From Octopus vulgaris (Eukaryota): DNA of 64,000 nucleotides. The position numbers and the translations under genes are program-made. The stretch covers positions 46,996,001-47,060,000 of the forward strand of contig OX597830.1 in the NCBI GenBank assembly GCA_951406725.2. The letters are read 5' to 3'. Positions 12,339 to 25,863 of the stretch are shown piece by piece. The notes under the pieces are model-generated. The model saw nothing but the letters and a program-made list of their open reading frames with translations, was not told the origin of the DNA and searched no databases. Numbering within the stretch: position 1 is the first letter of the stretch; every line of letters begins with the position of its first letter.

Positions 12339-12741
12339 TATAGTAAAACCTGTAAAGTATAAAAGCCATCTTAACATGGCTAACCACATAGGGGAGGGGG
12401 TGTTACTGTAGCTTTATAGCCCCAGGAGATCGTCGTCTCCAGCTGGCTTTAGACACCATTTCAGTGCCCTTGAAGTATTTACAAAGGGAAGCCATCTCTT
12501 CCTAGCAAGCCTGAGTGATACGCTCGGACTAGTTTCGGGATTTTTGTCCCTTCTCAACGGGCGGTAACCACCAGGTCGCGATGAAAGAGAAGGTCGCCTT
12601 GCAAATATATGAGTTTTTCTAGTGACGTCTGCCACTGATTTCGAAAAACTGACAGTAAGCATTATTAAATCTCAGAATGAGATTGAAACAGTAATCGCTC
12701 GAATCTCATTCTGAGATTTAATAATGCTTATAGTAAAACCT
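12339..12741 (-). mobile_element. Penelope-like mini-insertion with TSD, terminal hairpin and decayed hammerhead
   Basis: 13-bp direct repeat TATAGTAAAACCT at 12339-12351 and 12729-12741; perfect 29-bp inverted repeat at 12656-12684 and 12702-12730; hammerhead-like motif at 12521-12563. Confidence 0.75.
12521..12563 (-). ncRNA. Degenerate type-I hammerhead motif
   Basis: Minus strand reads CGCCCG-TTGAGAA-GGGA(CAAAAA)TCCC-GAAA-CTAG-TC-CGAGCG; the CUGANGA box is mutated. Confidence 0.6.
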
Positions 12742-13289
12742 ACATCAAGGAAAAAGCTTCACATAGTTAAGACTAGAGTAGGTCGAAAAGGTAAATGGAA
12801 ATCAAGAGAAACCACATCCTGCCTGAAGATGCAGCTAAAGTTTAACGCAATACCATTGTCTACCATCCAAAGAACTGACAGTAAATAATTGTCACACAAT
12901 GACTGTAGACAATGCAAACAGAGAAAGATTAAAGTACATTCTCTCAAGTTGCATAAAGATATGAATAAATCGACACGGCACAGTTGATAAATATTTGTAT
13001 TGGAAACTGTGCTAATATTGACTGACAACTTAGTACAGTCTCACATCTCAGGCAGCAGCTATCACAATAATTGTATGATACATGAGTTTAGATTTGGAGA
13101 TAAACGAAAGGGTAAGTATATGCAGGGTTCATTCACAAGGAAATTTGTGTGGCATCTGGACTTCACATAGTTAAGACCACAGAGAAATTAAAGTTGGCGG
13201 CTGCCATCTGTGGTTTCCTAAACCCAATAACTTGACAGATCCCGGCTTATTTCAATGGCCCAGATTAAGTTTGAGATGATAGGAGTAGT

Positions 13290-13770
13290 ATCAACTGTAA
13301 TGGTGTACCCAGCACCCTGTTGAATGTCGCTTTGCTGCCAGTCCACCCGTAAGTACTGCAGCACAGGGGTCAAAATCTAGATTACATAATTGCACTTGCT
13401 GTTGTTCTATGGCTATCGCTGGCCAGATAGTTCGGATTTTCTGCCAACTACAGATACGGGTGCTTCTTCTGCCCATCCCGTACAAAGACTAGGCTTCTTT
13501 AAAGATGCAACCCCACAAGGCTTCATCACAAGCTCAGCGCTGGGGTTGAGAGTTTTCACGAATTAGCAATGTTACCCGGGGAGTCCCCTACCTTCAGTAA
13601 ATCCGTTGTCGTTGGTCCACGATTGCTTATTTGCTTAAGAGCTATTTGCTGCAATCTGCCATATATGGAGGCCACTCCACTATCCACCGTACGTAAATGT
13701 GTCCCTTTTTGGTCAGCACCGATTCCCGTGGAGAAATGCGCATGGGACAGTAAGGTGATGATGATGATGA
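13290..13770 (-). mobile_element. RTE-clade LINE 5' relic
   Basis: Minus-strand remnants ICSW..RT and QGAGYTI resemble the N-terminus of RTE AP-endonucleases, with a GC-richer 5' UTR upstream. Confidence 0.5.
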
Positions 13771-14769
13771 CGATCATGAACATCTCCCATCAAACGCCGC
13801 TGTCTTAAAAACGAGGTAAGACATTGAATGATGTCTCAGAAAATAGCATAATTACAACAGAAGCACCTTCGATCAGAATTCGATCATTCAGTGCCGATTT
13901 GGGGCTATACAACAACAACGTTAACGCTAATGTTACCGAAGATGTTTGGAATAACCTGTACCATATTCCCTGGCTAACATCTGTTAATTCTCATTCGGAA
14001 CATTTTCAATTGTATTTATTGGTCCTAGAATAAAGACATTTAAAAAAAATACTAAAATATAAAATTAAGAAATTACTGTTAGCAAGAGTAAAGAAAGGAC
14101 ACCGAAATCATTCACAAGTCAACTTAAAATGCAAATTTAAAACTCATGGCAGTTCTGATCGCACGAGTAAGAATGAACGCACACTAAACGGCATGGAGTG
14201 GAATATTGACGGAATCATTCATCTCTCTGCCAAATGTGGGTGGAATCTCTGCCTGCAGATATTGGTCTTGGTCAGCGTCGGTAACAAGGAATCTTCATAA
14301 AGGAGACCCAAAAGCAAGTACACGAAACGTTAGACTTTTCATTGTTCACGGCAATGAAACTGTCGAGATATCTTTTTGCAATTCTTTTGTGTGAATCTGA
14401 GAACGACTGTGATTTGCAAGCCAGTTCTGACGACGTGAGTTACAGATCTTTCATTTCACTTTCCTAATGTCCTTGGGCGAATACTTGTATGACACAACCT
14501 CTTAATTCTCTTAATACAATGGCCTCGTGTTTAATCAAACAAAAATTTAGTAATTAATGTTTATAATTTATTCATTATCAAGTAAAATGTTGTTATTAGC
14601 TTCATGTCGGCTATAGCAGTGCAGATCTGTAATCCTCCTGGTTCCTCTTACAAATTGTTTATAAATATGCTCCGTAACAATTTAGGTTGCAGGAGCCCCA
14701 AATGGAGAGTACATCTTTATTTGATGCTTTAATGGGAGGTAAGTATGGCAGAGTTCAGCCTTTGTGCGT

Positions 14770-14851
<82 letters not shown>

Positions 14852-14852
<1 letters not shown>

Positions 14853-14881
14853 ATACACACGCACAAACATGTATCTATCAT

Positions 14882-14933
<52 letters not shown>

Positions 14934-14961
14934 GATAGATACATGTTTGTGCGTGTGTATA
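14852..14961. repeat. Palindrome centred on a (TA)n tract
   Basis: TATACACACGCACAAACATGTATCTATCATTA and its exact reverse complement flank the TA run. Confidence 0.92.
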
Positions 14962-15005
14962 TATACATACATATATATACATACATACATACATACATAC
15001 ATACA

Positions 15006-15053
<48 letters not shown>

Positions 15054-15403
15054 GCGAGAGGGAGATGGGGAAGGAGAGCGAGAGAGGGAGGGAGAAGCTG
15101 ATAGAAAGGGAGACAGAGTGAAAGAGGGAAACAATGAGGCAGAGAGAGAAACATAAAATGGGGAATAATAAAATCATTTTCAAACACACTGTGAAATTAA
15201 TTTTCTCTAATTTCAGCCAATATACGCTGTAATTTTTCGATTATTGATTTTGCGACACTAATTGATACATGCACTCTCTCTCTCTCTCTCACACACACAC
15301 GCACACGCACACGCACACGCACACACGCACAAACACACACGCACACACACACACACACGCACAAACACACACGCACAAACACACACGCACAAACACACAC
15401 GCA

Positions 15404-15442
<39 letters not shown>

Positions 15443-16068
15443 GTATATATATGTTTGTATCTGTGTATAATTGAGCAGCGTTGATGTTGCTCGAATCAAA
15501 TGACTGAAGTGATCATTAGTTCTTTTGATTGTATTCATTTGTAGAGTGAAATGAAAGCCAAGGTTTATAGCCGGACTAGCAACAGCAGCCGGCCTTGTCC
15601 GGGCTAATTAATGCCTAAAATAAACACAAATTGTTTTAAAATGATGCTGACAATGTTCAGTTGGTCCGGGATTGCTGATTCACTCACAATTGTTGCACGC
15701 AGACAATTCTTCGAATGATGCAACACCAGCGGTATAAACTAACATTTTACTTTTATGTTTATTTTCCAAAACTGCTCAAATTCATGGGGATGCAGGGGGG
15801 GGGATGAAGTATCGTATTCTTATTCATTTTCTCTAAAAAGAGGAAATGTGAGTGAAATGTCACATGACCTTGGTCTTTTCCTAAAAAAAATTGCTTCTTT
15901 ACAAATTTCATACCCCTTGTTGCACCTTGGGACATAGATACCGTTTTATATATTACGATATTGAAGAGTAGAGTCACTGATGACAAGCTTGAGGAGGTGG
16001 TAGTCAGATCAAGATGAGATATTTTGCATTCTATTATTGGGTCATGGTTAGACTCCAACGATCGGCTG

Positions 16069-17000
16069 AAAAGTTCATAGGCTGACCAAACTACTCTCTT
16101 AAAAGGTGACTAGATGAGGTTTACTTTGCAACTTAGTCCACATTGCGGTCCACACACGTTTTCTTTCGGTGTTTCAGTGCTTGGATCCTATTGGTGATTG
16201 CTCATCATGTTGGTCAAAAAGTGGTCAACAGCCGGTATGACGTCATCATCACCGCGTTACTGGTTCCCAGCCAAACGTTTCTTTATGCTGGGAACACATG
16301 GTAGTCAGACGGGTCTAAATCAGAAGGACGGAGAGGGTGATCAACCAGCTCAAAGTCACAGTCACTCACAGCAACCATTAAAACAAAGGACTTGTGTGCA
16401 GGTGCATTGTCCTGAAGAAACAAGACCCTTTTGTCAGTTTTCTGGGCCGTTTAGTCTCTTCATAAACTTTTGCAATTGCCTCAGCTAATTTGCGTAGTAC
16501 TCTCCATTGGGAAGATAGTCAATAAACACAATGCCTTTTGCATCCTAGAAAACTGAGGCCGCCACCTTCCCTCCAGATGAAACGAGCTTGGCCTTCTTTT
16601 GGAGCAGATGAGCAAGGGTATCTCTTTGTCTCTGGCTCAAAGTGTTGAACGCAACACTCACCCTGGCTGGTGCGCTTCTGATCACGTGTCAGAAGACGTG
16701 ACACTCGCCGAGCAGAAATCTTCATCATCGAAAGTTCATTGCGCAGAATATCTTTAGCTCTCTCTCTCTCTCTCGGGATATGCTAGTGGTATTGGCTGTT
16801 TGGTTTATCGTTTGTCATCCATCAGCATGTGGGGAACACTACCAATGTTCTTTCCTCCTATAAGATGACAGGCCCTGGCAGGTTCTTAAACACGCCCTCC
16901 CTCCTGACAGAGCAAGACAGATCGACAATACCTCTTCCTTACGAATGTGGAACCAAGCCGACATTTTCCGATAAAATTCCTTTTCTTTCTAACTTCTTGC
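16069..17000 (-). pseudogene. Second, heavily decayed mariner element
   Basis: Minus-strand remnants MMKISARRVSRLLTRDQKRT (WVPR motif), LFLQDNAPAHKS, SDLDPSDYHVFP and GDDDVIPAVDHF. Confidence 0.85.
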
Positions 17001-17422
17001 ACGATTTCACTTGAGGTTTCCTACTCGACCGAAAGCCAAATCGATACTGCTCTATTAAATTGAAAAACAAAATGCCCACTGGACTGTCTGATTTCTAAAC
17101 ATTAGATGAATTAGATGTAACCAATAAGATTATAATGAAGCGTAAAACTTATCGATTTAAATATAAACCTATAAATCCACTTAGTTGTCGTTATTCAGCG
17201 TTAAGCAACATTTCTCCACTCGAACATAGAAATTTTAATCTCGAGAGACTGTTGCACCAGTAGTCACACCAGGGCCTCTTAATCGGGCTAGATTTAGATT
17301 CGTCTGCGTGGGTGACTCTTAAAAACCATACTAGATGATTTAAGAATATATATATATATATATATAGTTGAAATTTACAGTAAAACGAAAACAGGTGTAT
17401 AAACAGGCTTATATATATATAT

Positions 17423-17461
<39 letters not shown>

Positions 17462-17689
17462 CATATATATGCATATACATATATACATATACACACATAT
17501 GTGTTATGTATATCTATCTACTTGTATGTATATATATATATATATCAAAATGAGGGTGAAAAATTGTATATTAATTTAATAATATCAGTTTAACACCAAT
17601 GGTTTAGCGCGTAAAAAACTGAGATTCAGTAAATAGGCCAAACCCTATTAATAATTAATAGTATTAATAATATTTACTGAATATGTATT

Positions 17690-17794
<105 letters not shown>

Positions 17795-17874
17795 CATGTA
17801 TATATATACATACATATATATATATATATATATACACACACATATATATATATACATACATACCTACATACATA

Positions 17875-17940
<66 letters not shown>

Positions 17941-17942
<2 letters not shown>

Positions 17943-18090
17943 AATTGAAAAAAGTTGGAGTCAACAAGAAGTAGTAGGGCTGGACATTTATTTTCAATCA
18001 CTACAATTGTTTCTACGCAACGTTTCTGCGTGATAGAAAATAAATGTCCAACCGTGCTCCTTCTTGTTGACTCTAAATATTTTCAATTAT
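17941..18090. repeat. ~60-bp imperfect inverted repeat with a half hammerhead in the loop
   Basis: 17941-18001 pairs with 18029-18090; the loop reads GAAACAATTGTA-GTGA on the minus strand. Confidence 0.8.
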
Positions 18091-18234
18091 TTATTCACAC
18101 ACGACAGAACCCCAAATGTAAATCTAGAATTACGTATAACACTACTACTACTACTGGTTAGTACAGGGTGAGGTCTGTACTCTACAACGTTCTTAGCTGA
18201 TTAAACCATAACTATATATATATATGTATGTTGT

Positions 18235-18539
18235 GGAGGCACAATGGCTCAGTGGTTAGGGCAGCGGATTCGCGGTCGTAGCATCGTGGTTTTGATTCCC
18301 AGAGCAGGCTTTGTGAGTGTTTATTGAGCGAAAACACCCAAAGCTCCACGAGGCTCCGGCAAGGGGTGCTAGCGAACCCTACTGTACACTTGCACCAAAA
18401 CTTTCTCTCAGTCTTTCTTCCTGTTTCTGCTGTACCTGTATTTCAAAGGACCAGCTGAATCTCCCTACGTAAAGGGTATACTTGTCTGTGGAGTGCTCAG
18501 CCACTTGCACGTTAATTTCACGAGCAGGCTGTTCCGTTG
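18235..18539 (+). mobile_element. SINE family B, tail type 2
   Basis: Same head as 11590; tail matches the copy at 45597-45972. Confidence 0.88.
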
Positions 18540-18624
18540 TGTATGTATATATATAATTCTTTTAGCCCACTCTCTCTCTATACATACATTGTATGCAAAT
18601 CCCACAGACGTGTGTGTTTATGCA

Positions 18625-19015
18625 TATACACCCCACGTTCGCCAGCGCTTTTTTTTTTCATATTCGTTTACTACATGTTTTTGTACACCTATTATACTAT
18701 TTAAATATTTTTTTGACTGTGGTGAGACAACTCGGACCATTCACGATGTGAATTTTCCGATCCACCCCCCTTCGCCAGCGCGCAATTTTTTCATATTCGT
18801 TTAGTACATGTTGTTTTACACCTATTACACTATTTTTTTTGTTTTTGCTCGGGTCAAACACTAGAGTTTAAAGGTCAAGGTCTGACGATGTGAATTTTCC
18901 GAGGCCTGTCCCACCCCCGTTCGCGAGCACGCATTGTTTTTCATATTCATTTAGAGCAAGTTGTTTTACATTTTTCTTTCTTTTCTTTTTTTTTTTGCTC
19001 GGGTCAAACCCTTTA
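18625..19015. repeat. Three diverged ~140-bp tandem units
   Basis: CC..TTCGCCAGCG..TTTTTCATATTCGTTTA..ACA recurs near 18635, 18770 and 18915. Confidence 0.8.
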
Positions 19016-20499
19016 GTTTGACCGTTTTGGCTGACCTGAAGTTATAGCCCAAGACTATTACTCGCCAAGTGACCAGAATCAGAACCACGCCATTTTGAAC
19101 TTCTTAACCACAATGTCATACGAATCTGATATTCATGCAGAGCTAATTGATTGACAAATCCCGCTGGGTTTATAATCAATGTGAACCCTTCCAGTGTAAT
19201 TGACAGGTTTGCATTTAATAATGATGCATATTCTTCAAAAACACTAGAGTGCTGATTAAAAATAGGAACGAGGTCTTCTGACATGGGTTTGATGTAGGCA
19301 TACAGAAAGTGGCCAGTTAGTTTTTGACAGAGAATAAATCTTGAATTCATTAGCTTAGGTGGATGCTTCTAAAAATAGAGACAGGGATGTGATGAAGAAA
19401 ATGGTTGGAAAAGGAGTTACGTGTTTGCTGCAACAATATGGACGAATGTTAACAGAGAGAGAGAGAGAGAGAGGGGGGTGTTGAGACAGAGAAAGTCTTG
19501 TATAGCTGCACTTTATCTTTTCCTTTTCACGATATTCCATTTACCATCTTCACTGAAAATATAGGCCTCTGCACCAAATAACGAGAAAGTAATGTTTTTA
19601 AAATGCTACAAAAGAAGAAAAAGGAAAAAAAAACCAATGTCTGGGAAACATATATTTAAAATGATTCATCTCTTTCCTTATATAAAAAAAAATGATTCAA
19701 TTTGCGGAAGAAAACAGTATAAAAGCGTTTATAAAAATTGCTCGTCTAATGTAAAGCCACACGAGTCTACTTGGATAAATATTCATCCAATTACATACTT
19801 TATTGAAAATGCTTTCATAAATGTAGACAATCTCAGTCCAAAATTCAGTCCAAAATATATACAGAAATGCATGTAATAGATTCACAAACACACTTTTGTA
19901 TTCTCATACACATACAAACAAAAACTGGCCCACATTATTACGCAAACACTCACTAATAGGCATAAATGAATGCATAAACATTTTAAAACACATATTTGTG
20001 TTCATACAATCTTACGTACAAATATAACAATGAGAAAAGAAATGCATAACTGCTTCGAAAAAACCCTCTCGAATCCATTTACATGAACAGTTAGCGGCGT
20101 AAGATAACTGTACTTAACGCAGAGTTCACAAAGAAGAATAAATTATTTTGCCATCAGGAATTTATTCATTTCTAAGGACTTTTTATACTTAATACTCACC
20201 GTGATAAACCATCGATAGTTTCCTCGTGTTCCACTTGTTTCATTTGCAGATATGAATAAACTATTCATAAATTAAAGGTGGAATAAATTATTTTGTCGAA
20301 GATGAAAGAAGTCAATGGACCTCAGAAAAAATTCTCATCTGAGGGAAATGAAAATGTTATTAATAGTTCTGAATAATTGGATTAGCAGTAATGAGAGAGG
20401 AAAACAAATATAGGAATGAACAATATCTGTTAATTTTATTTATGCATCTGGTTTGCAAGATTCCTAAGTGAATTCATGTCTTGGTAGGGTCATCACACC

Positions 20500-20531
<32 letters not shown>

Positions 20532-21993
20532 TGATGATAATAATGATAATAATAATGATGATAATGATAACAACAACAACAACATGCAATGGTTTAATAT
20601 CACTTCTCTATTGTTAAATGATCGTTTGTTTAATATGCTTGTAAAACAATCAATTGGTTTAACGAGCAAGCTCTGAAGAGAGACGGAGCAAGTTACTGGG
20701 AAGGACTTTGACTAATAAACAATCGATTGATTGTTTAACCACATACTTTCCGTGTAGCATGTTTCATTTGCAGACGACCCAGGGATATCGAGACGCCCAA
20801 GGCTTGCAAGTTGTGTATTTGACACAAAAACCCGTGCGTGAGATTTATTGGCCACACTGCCATGCCTTCAAGCTTCGGTCTCGTTCACTTAAGTAGAAAA
20901 CTAAAAACCAAACACTTCAAGTGGAAGGTCTCCATTAACTCAACCTCACCAAAAATATGGTGACGTAGAGTCAATTGAAACTTTTCGAGTATTTCCAATA
21001 TTTCCCGGCTGCAACTCATCGTTGCCATCATCTCCAAGGTTCCAACAGATTCTATTTTATGCCATGTTTCCATATATATATATGGACTCCGGCACTCGGG
21101 CTTTTCGGGTTTAGCCCGAGTTAAAATTTAATAAAGTGAACAACGTGTACTTTTAAGGTGATTTAATTTCTGCCAACACTGACTTCAAGTATGTAATTGC
21201 AACCAAAAACTCAGGCTCCTTTTATTGAACCTGGTCGCAGTTCATTTATTTTCCTTCGGCGTCTGGCGGTCGTCTTAGAAGTGTCCTGTGTCAAGAAATA
21301 TCAATCGTAGTAGACGTTTTCTCTCGACATCGTTCACACGCGTCTGACTCGGGCTCAGAAGTTACTGTCCGTGTTGTTATCTATAATCGTAAAAATTTAA
21401 AGTAATTCAATTTCAGTGTTTTCTTGAAATAATAAATTTCTATAGAGATTAGGATTTAAATTCCAATCTATGAAAAGTTTGCGTTCTACAATATTCTTAA
21501 AAGAACGAAAAATTATCTTGCATCTCGGGTGAAAAGGACTGACATCTCTTGTCAAGAGTTCAGTCGACAGTCAGATCGGTAATGCTTGTTGTGCACTCTG
21601 CTTTCATTATTTGATTTCTGTTATACAATAGTAACCCGAGCTAATACGAACAAGCCTGGTAAAGTGTAAAGGACTAACAGACACCTCTTGTCAAGAGTAT
21701 AGGCGACAGTCAGATCGCTGATGTTTCATGTGCACTCCGCTGTCATTATTTGTGCGCCTGTGTGTAAAGATCAGTTGTGTTTTGCAGGGTTGCTTTATTA
21801 ACTTAGAAATGGAGAAAGACATAGGGCTAGATATAAAAAAGTAAGCCATTTGGGGCTAGAAATATTGCGAAAAACATGAGGCATTCTTTCGTTAGAAGCA
21901 GCAAACTTGTTTACTGTTAAATTATTCATGCATAAGTTTGCGGTGTGCATTACGTCCTTTACCTTCTTTTATTCATGTGTCATGTGCGAAATA

Positions 21994-22033
<40 letters not shown>

Positions 22034-22165
22034 TATAATATGCGTGCTTATGTACGTGTGTATTGACAGGACAACTGTTTGATTTATTTTCCCGCTCGTA
22101 TTCCTCAATTAAGCTTTGTCAGATACATGCATAACTTTTCTATACTTTCATTTATTCGATAATTA

Positions 22166-22732
22166 GGCGGCGAGCTGGCAGAAACGTTAGCACGCCGGGC
22201 GAAATGCTTAGCGGTATTTCGTCTGCCGCTACGTTCTGAGTTCAAATTCCGCCGAGGTCGACTTTGCTTTTCATCCTTTCGGGGTCGATTAAATAAGTGC
22301 CAGTTACGCACTGGGGTCGATATAATCGATTTGATCCGTTTGTCCTTGTTTGTCCTCTCTGTGTTTTGCCCCTTGTGAGTAGTAAAGAAATAGGTATTTC
22401 GTCTACCGTTACGTTGTGAGTTCAAATTCTGCCGAGGTCAACTTTGCCTTTCATCCTTCCGGGGTCGATTAAATAAGTACCAGTTACGAACAGGTGTCGA
22501 TATAATAGACTTGATCCGTTTGTTTGTCCTATCTGTGTTTTGTCCCTTGTGGGTAGTAAAGAAATAGGTATTTCGTCTACCGTTACGTTCTGAGTTCAAA
22601 TTCCGCCGAGGTCGAGTTTGTCTTTCATCCTTTCGGGGCCGATTAAATAAGTACCAGTTATGCACTGGGGTCGATCTAATCGACTTAATCCCTTTGTCTG
22701 TCCTTGTTTGTCCACTCCATGTTTAGCCCCCT
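22166..22732 (+). mobile_element. SINE family A internal trimer
   Basis: One head followed by three ~175-bp units, each restarting at GGTATTTCGTCT and each with a B box. Confidence 0.92.
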
Positions 22733-23660
22733 GATCAATTTTTACAAGACATAGATAATTAGAGGTAGAGGTGTGTTGGCCAAGAAGAATTTCTCTGTCA
22801 TGAAGGTTAACAACAGTTTGAGTTTCTCGTTAATATAAGACAGAAAACACCTTTGCCTCCATTCACTGCTTGAGTGTAAATTATGTTTTTACATGTTTAT
22901 CCCCAAATGAAGATTTATTTGTCCAACAAATTTATTGCCCAATTAAAATATCATAAAATTGCACGCAAGTCTGAACTAGGATGATTTGAATTTATTTAAG
23001 TGGTAAGAATAATGTGAATATGTTTGGTTCTCTTGATTTCGCTTGTTAATTCACTGGAAATTATAGACTTCTGGCATTTTCTCTCGTGAAAAAGTGCAAA
23101 TTCACCGATCAATATCTCCATATGAAGTTTAAGGCTATATTTCGTAAATATTTTAGCTATAATTTTGGAAAATACTTTTAAAATTAATTGAAGGGGATTT
23201 ACTTTACATATACAAATAAATTATCAATTTTTACATAGATTTCACGTTGAATAACGAGGCTTTGTAAATCAGGCAATTGAGGAAATATGCAATTATCCCA
23301 TATCCAATTACGCGGATGGATACAGAGAGAAATCTACGCACACACACACGCACACACACACACATACACACACACGCGCACATGCACACGCGTTTGATCG
23401 ATAAGTATCCGGACTGTTGCCATAGTAACAACCTCAGTACACAAGTGGTGCATAATTTATCGATTCCGAAAGGATGAAATGCAAAGTCGACCTCGGTGGA
23501 ATTTGAACTCAGGACGTAGCGGCTGACAAAATGCCTGCCAGATTGCCACCTTCAAGCATTCAAATAATACCATTATGTTTGTTTTACTTATGGCTTTGAT
23601 TGTTTTCTCATGTTTGTTATTCTTCTGGCTTTGAAAATCTGTTAACACTCCTTCATATAT

Positions 23661-24030
23661 ATTAGACAACCCGTGACCCGTTGGGTCGCCTTAAAAGTTT
23701 TAGTTTCTCAGTAACGGAGTTTTGTTTCGTGGTATTTTTTCTTTTCCAGGTTATTTCGAATACTTTCAACGAATGTGACATCGAAATCACGCGTAAACGG
23801 CTCCTTTCCCTGGAAAAGGAAAGATTTAGCTGCCATTTCTTGCACGTTCTACTACCACGTAACAGGTATTTCGCGTCCTTTATCGCAAATAGCTGTTAAG
23901 TGGTAGCAGGGCGTACTAGAAATTTTGTAATGCTATTCCCTTGGGGCGATCTTTCGCTTTGAGTCTCAGAACTGTCGCTTTGACTCTCAGAACTGTCAAT
24001 TTGATCAGCTGGTCTTGTTCGTTAATTTCC
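23661..24030 (-). mobile_element. Possible degenerate Helitron 3' portion
   Basis: Minus strand ends GCGACCC-AAC-GGGTCAC..CTAAT, i.e. a hairpin plus a CTAGT-like terminus; the far boundary is uncertain. Confidence 0.35.
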
Positions 24031-24456
24031 GTAAAACTTTCTTATTTATTTACTTTTGCTTTAAAGTGAAAGAGAGGAGAAAATGAAAGATGTATGAACG
24101 TGTATATGAAATGGATGTGTGTGTGTGTGTGAGTGCAAAGACCATGTGCGTGTATATGTAACAGATAGCGCACGTGTGTTTGTGTTGATTGACACGACAT
24201 GATATATGTGTGTGTGTGTGTATTCAGTATGTGTGCATGTGTGTTGACGTCACGGAAGTCATGTTTGATTTCAAGAAATAACAAAAATTGTGTTTAATCG
24301 TTGTCATTAATAAATAAAGGTCCAAATATGACAAACATTTGTACTGCTCTGCCGAAGGTAAGTATGAAAATAAATATGTAAACAATTAAGACAAAATGTA
24401 CTATTTCTGAGATATTTTAGGAACAAATAAACATCTCTATAGTTTTAGTATTATTA

Positions 24457-24542
<86 letters not shown>

Positions 24543-24582
24543 TAACATATATATATATATATATAATATATATATCATATAT

Positions 24583-24621
<39 letters not shown>

Positions 24622-24817
24622 TACAAAATTAGAGAATGGAGAAACATACTTAAATCAGTAAAACATCAACTATCCGATGATACTCAATCCATACTATAAT
24701 ACACCATTACATATGAGTAAAGGCAATATATAAAATGAAATGAGATATACAGTAATAGTAAAAAGATAAAGAGATATAAGTAAAAATTTCAAATATAATA
24801 TGCAAATAAATCAAAAA

Positions 24818-24925
24818 CTGACAGCTGTTTCGGCAGTGAGGGCAGTCATACCTCATTTAACCTATAAGCCATAAAGGCAGGTATAAATGAGGCATTAACA
24901 AGGATGCCCCACGGCCTCTTCAGAG
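24818..24925 (-). ncRNA. Hammerhead motif, inverted copy
   Basis: Reverse complement of 25864-25971. Confidence 0.7.
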
Positions 24926-25271
24926 AATTAAATTAAATTTGTTATAATAGTGAAAAATATTATATAATCATATACATATAAATATAAAAATATAAAAATG
25001 TAAAATATAAAAACTTATACATCATAATGCTACACTTATATAATATAATACACATTTGTACAAAAAAGGAAGGTAAACAAAACCAAATAAAACAAAATAT
25101 ATAACAGTGTATATATTAATATTAATAAGTACCGATATTATACATATTTGGCTAATAGTTTTTTTATAAAAAAAAGGGCTAACACATATGGAGATGAAAA
25201 ATAATAATTAAAACCATGGTACAGTTCATAAAATTCTAAAGCTATAAAAGTTAATAAAAATTACTATTAAT

Positions 25272-25344
<73 letters not shown>

Positions 25345-25421
25345 TAATAAAAATAGATAGTCATTTCGATCTTGAAAGGATGGACTTGGTGCTAACTTAA
25401 CTGTATCTATTTTTATTATTA

Positions 25422-25518
<97 letters not shown>

Positions 25519-25863
25519 ATTAATAGTAATTTTTATTAACTTTTATAGCTTTAGAATTTTATGAACTGTACCATGGTTTTAATTATTATTTTTCATCTCC
25601 ATATGTGTTAGCCCTTTTTTTATAAAAAAACTATTAGCCAAATATGTATAATATCGGTACTTATTAATATTAATATATACACTGTTATATATTTTGTTTT
25701 ATTTGGTTTTGTTTACCTTCCTTTTTTGTACAAATGTGTATTATATTATATAAGTGTAGCATTATGATGTATAAGTTTTTATATTTTACATTTTTATATT
25801 TTTATATTTATATGTATATGATTATATAATATTTTTCACTATTATAACAAATTTAATTTAATT

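Larger units (their letters stand above)
12056..13140. mobile_element. Non-autonomous DNA transposon with ~114-bp TIRs
   Basis: 12056-12169 is an imperfect reverse complement of 13027-13140; no transposase ORF inside. Confidence 0.8.

Noticed and set aside
13555-13700. HDV-like ribozyme at the RTE 5' UTR (GCC-TCCATATAT-GGC ... GCTAA)
   Set aside because: P1 and P2 pairings could not be built by eye; it would need testing on a family consensus.
17190-17315. Minus-strand hammerhead in a TA-flanked unit
   Set aside because: Core reads CAGACGA and no convincing GAAA/stem III was found; at best a decayed relative.
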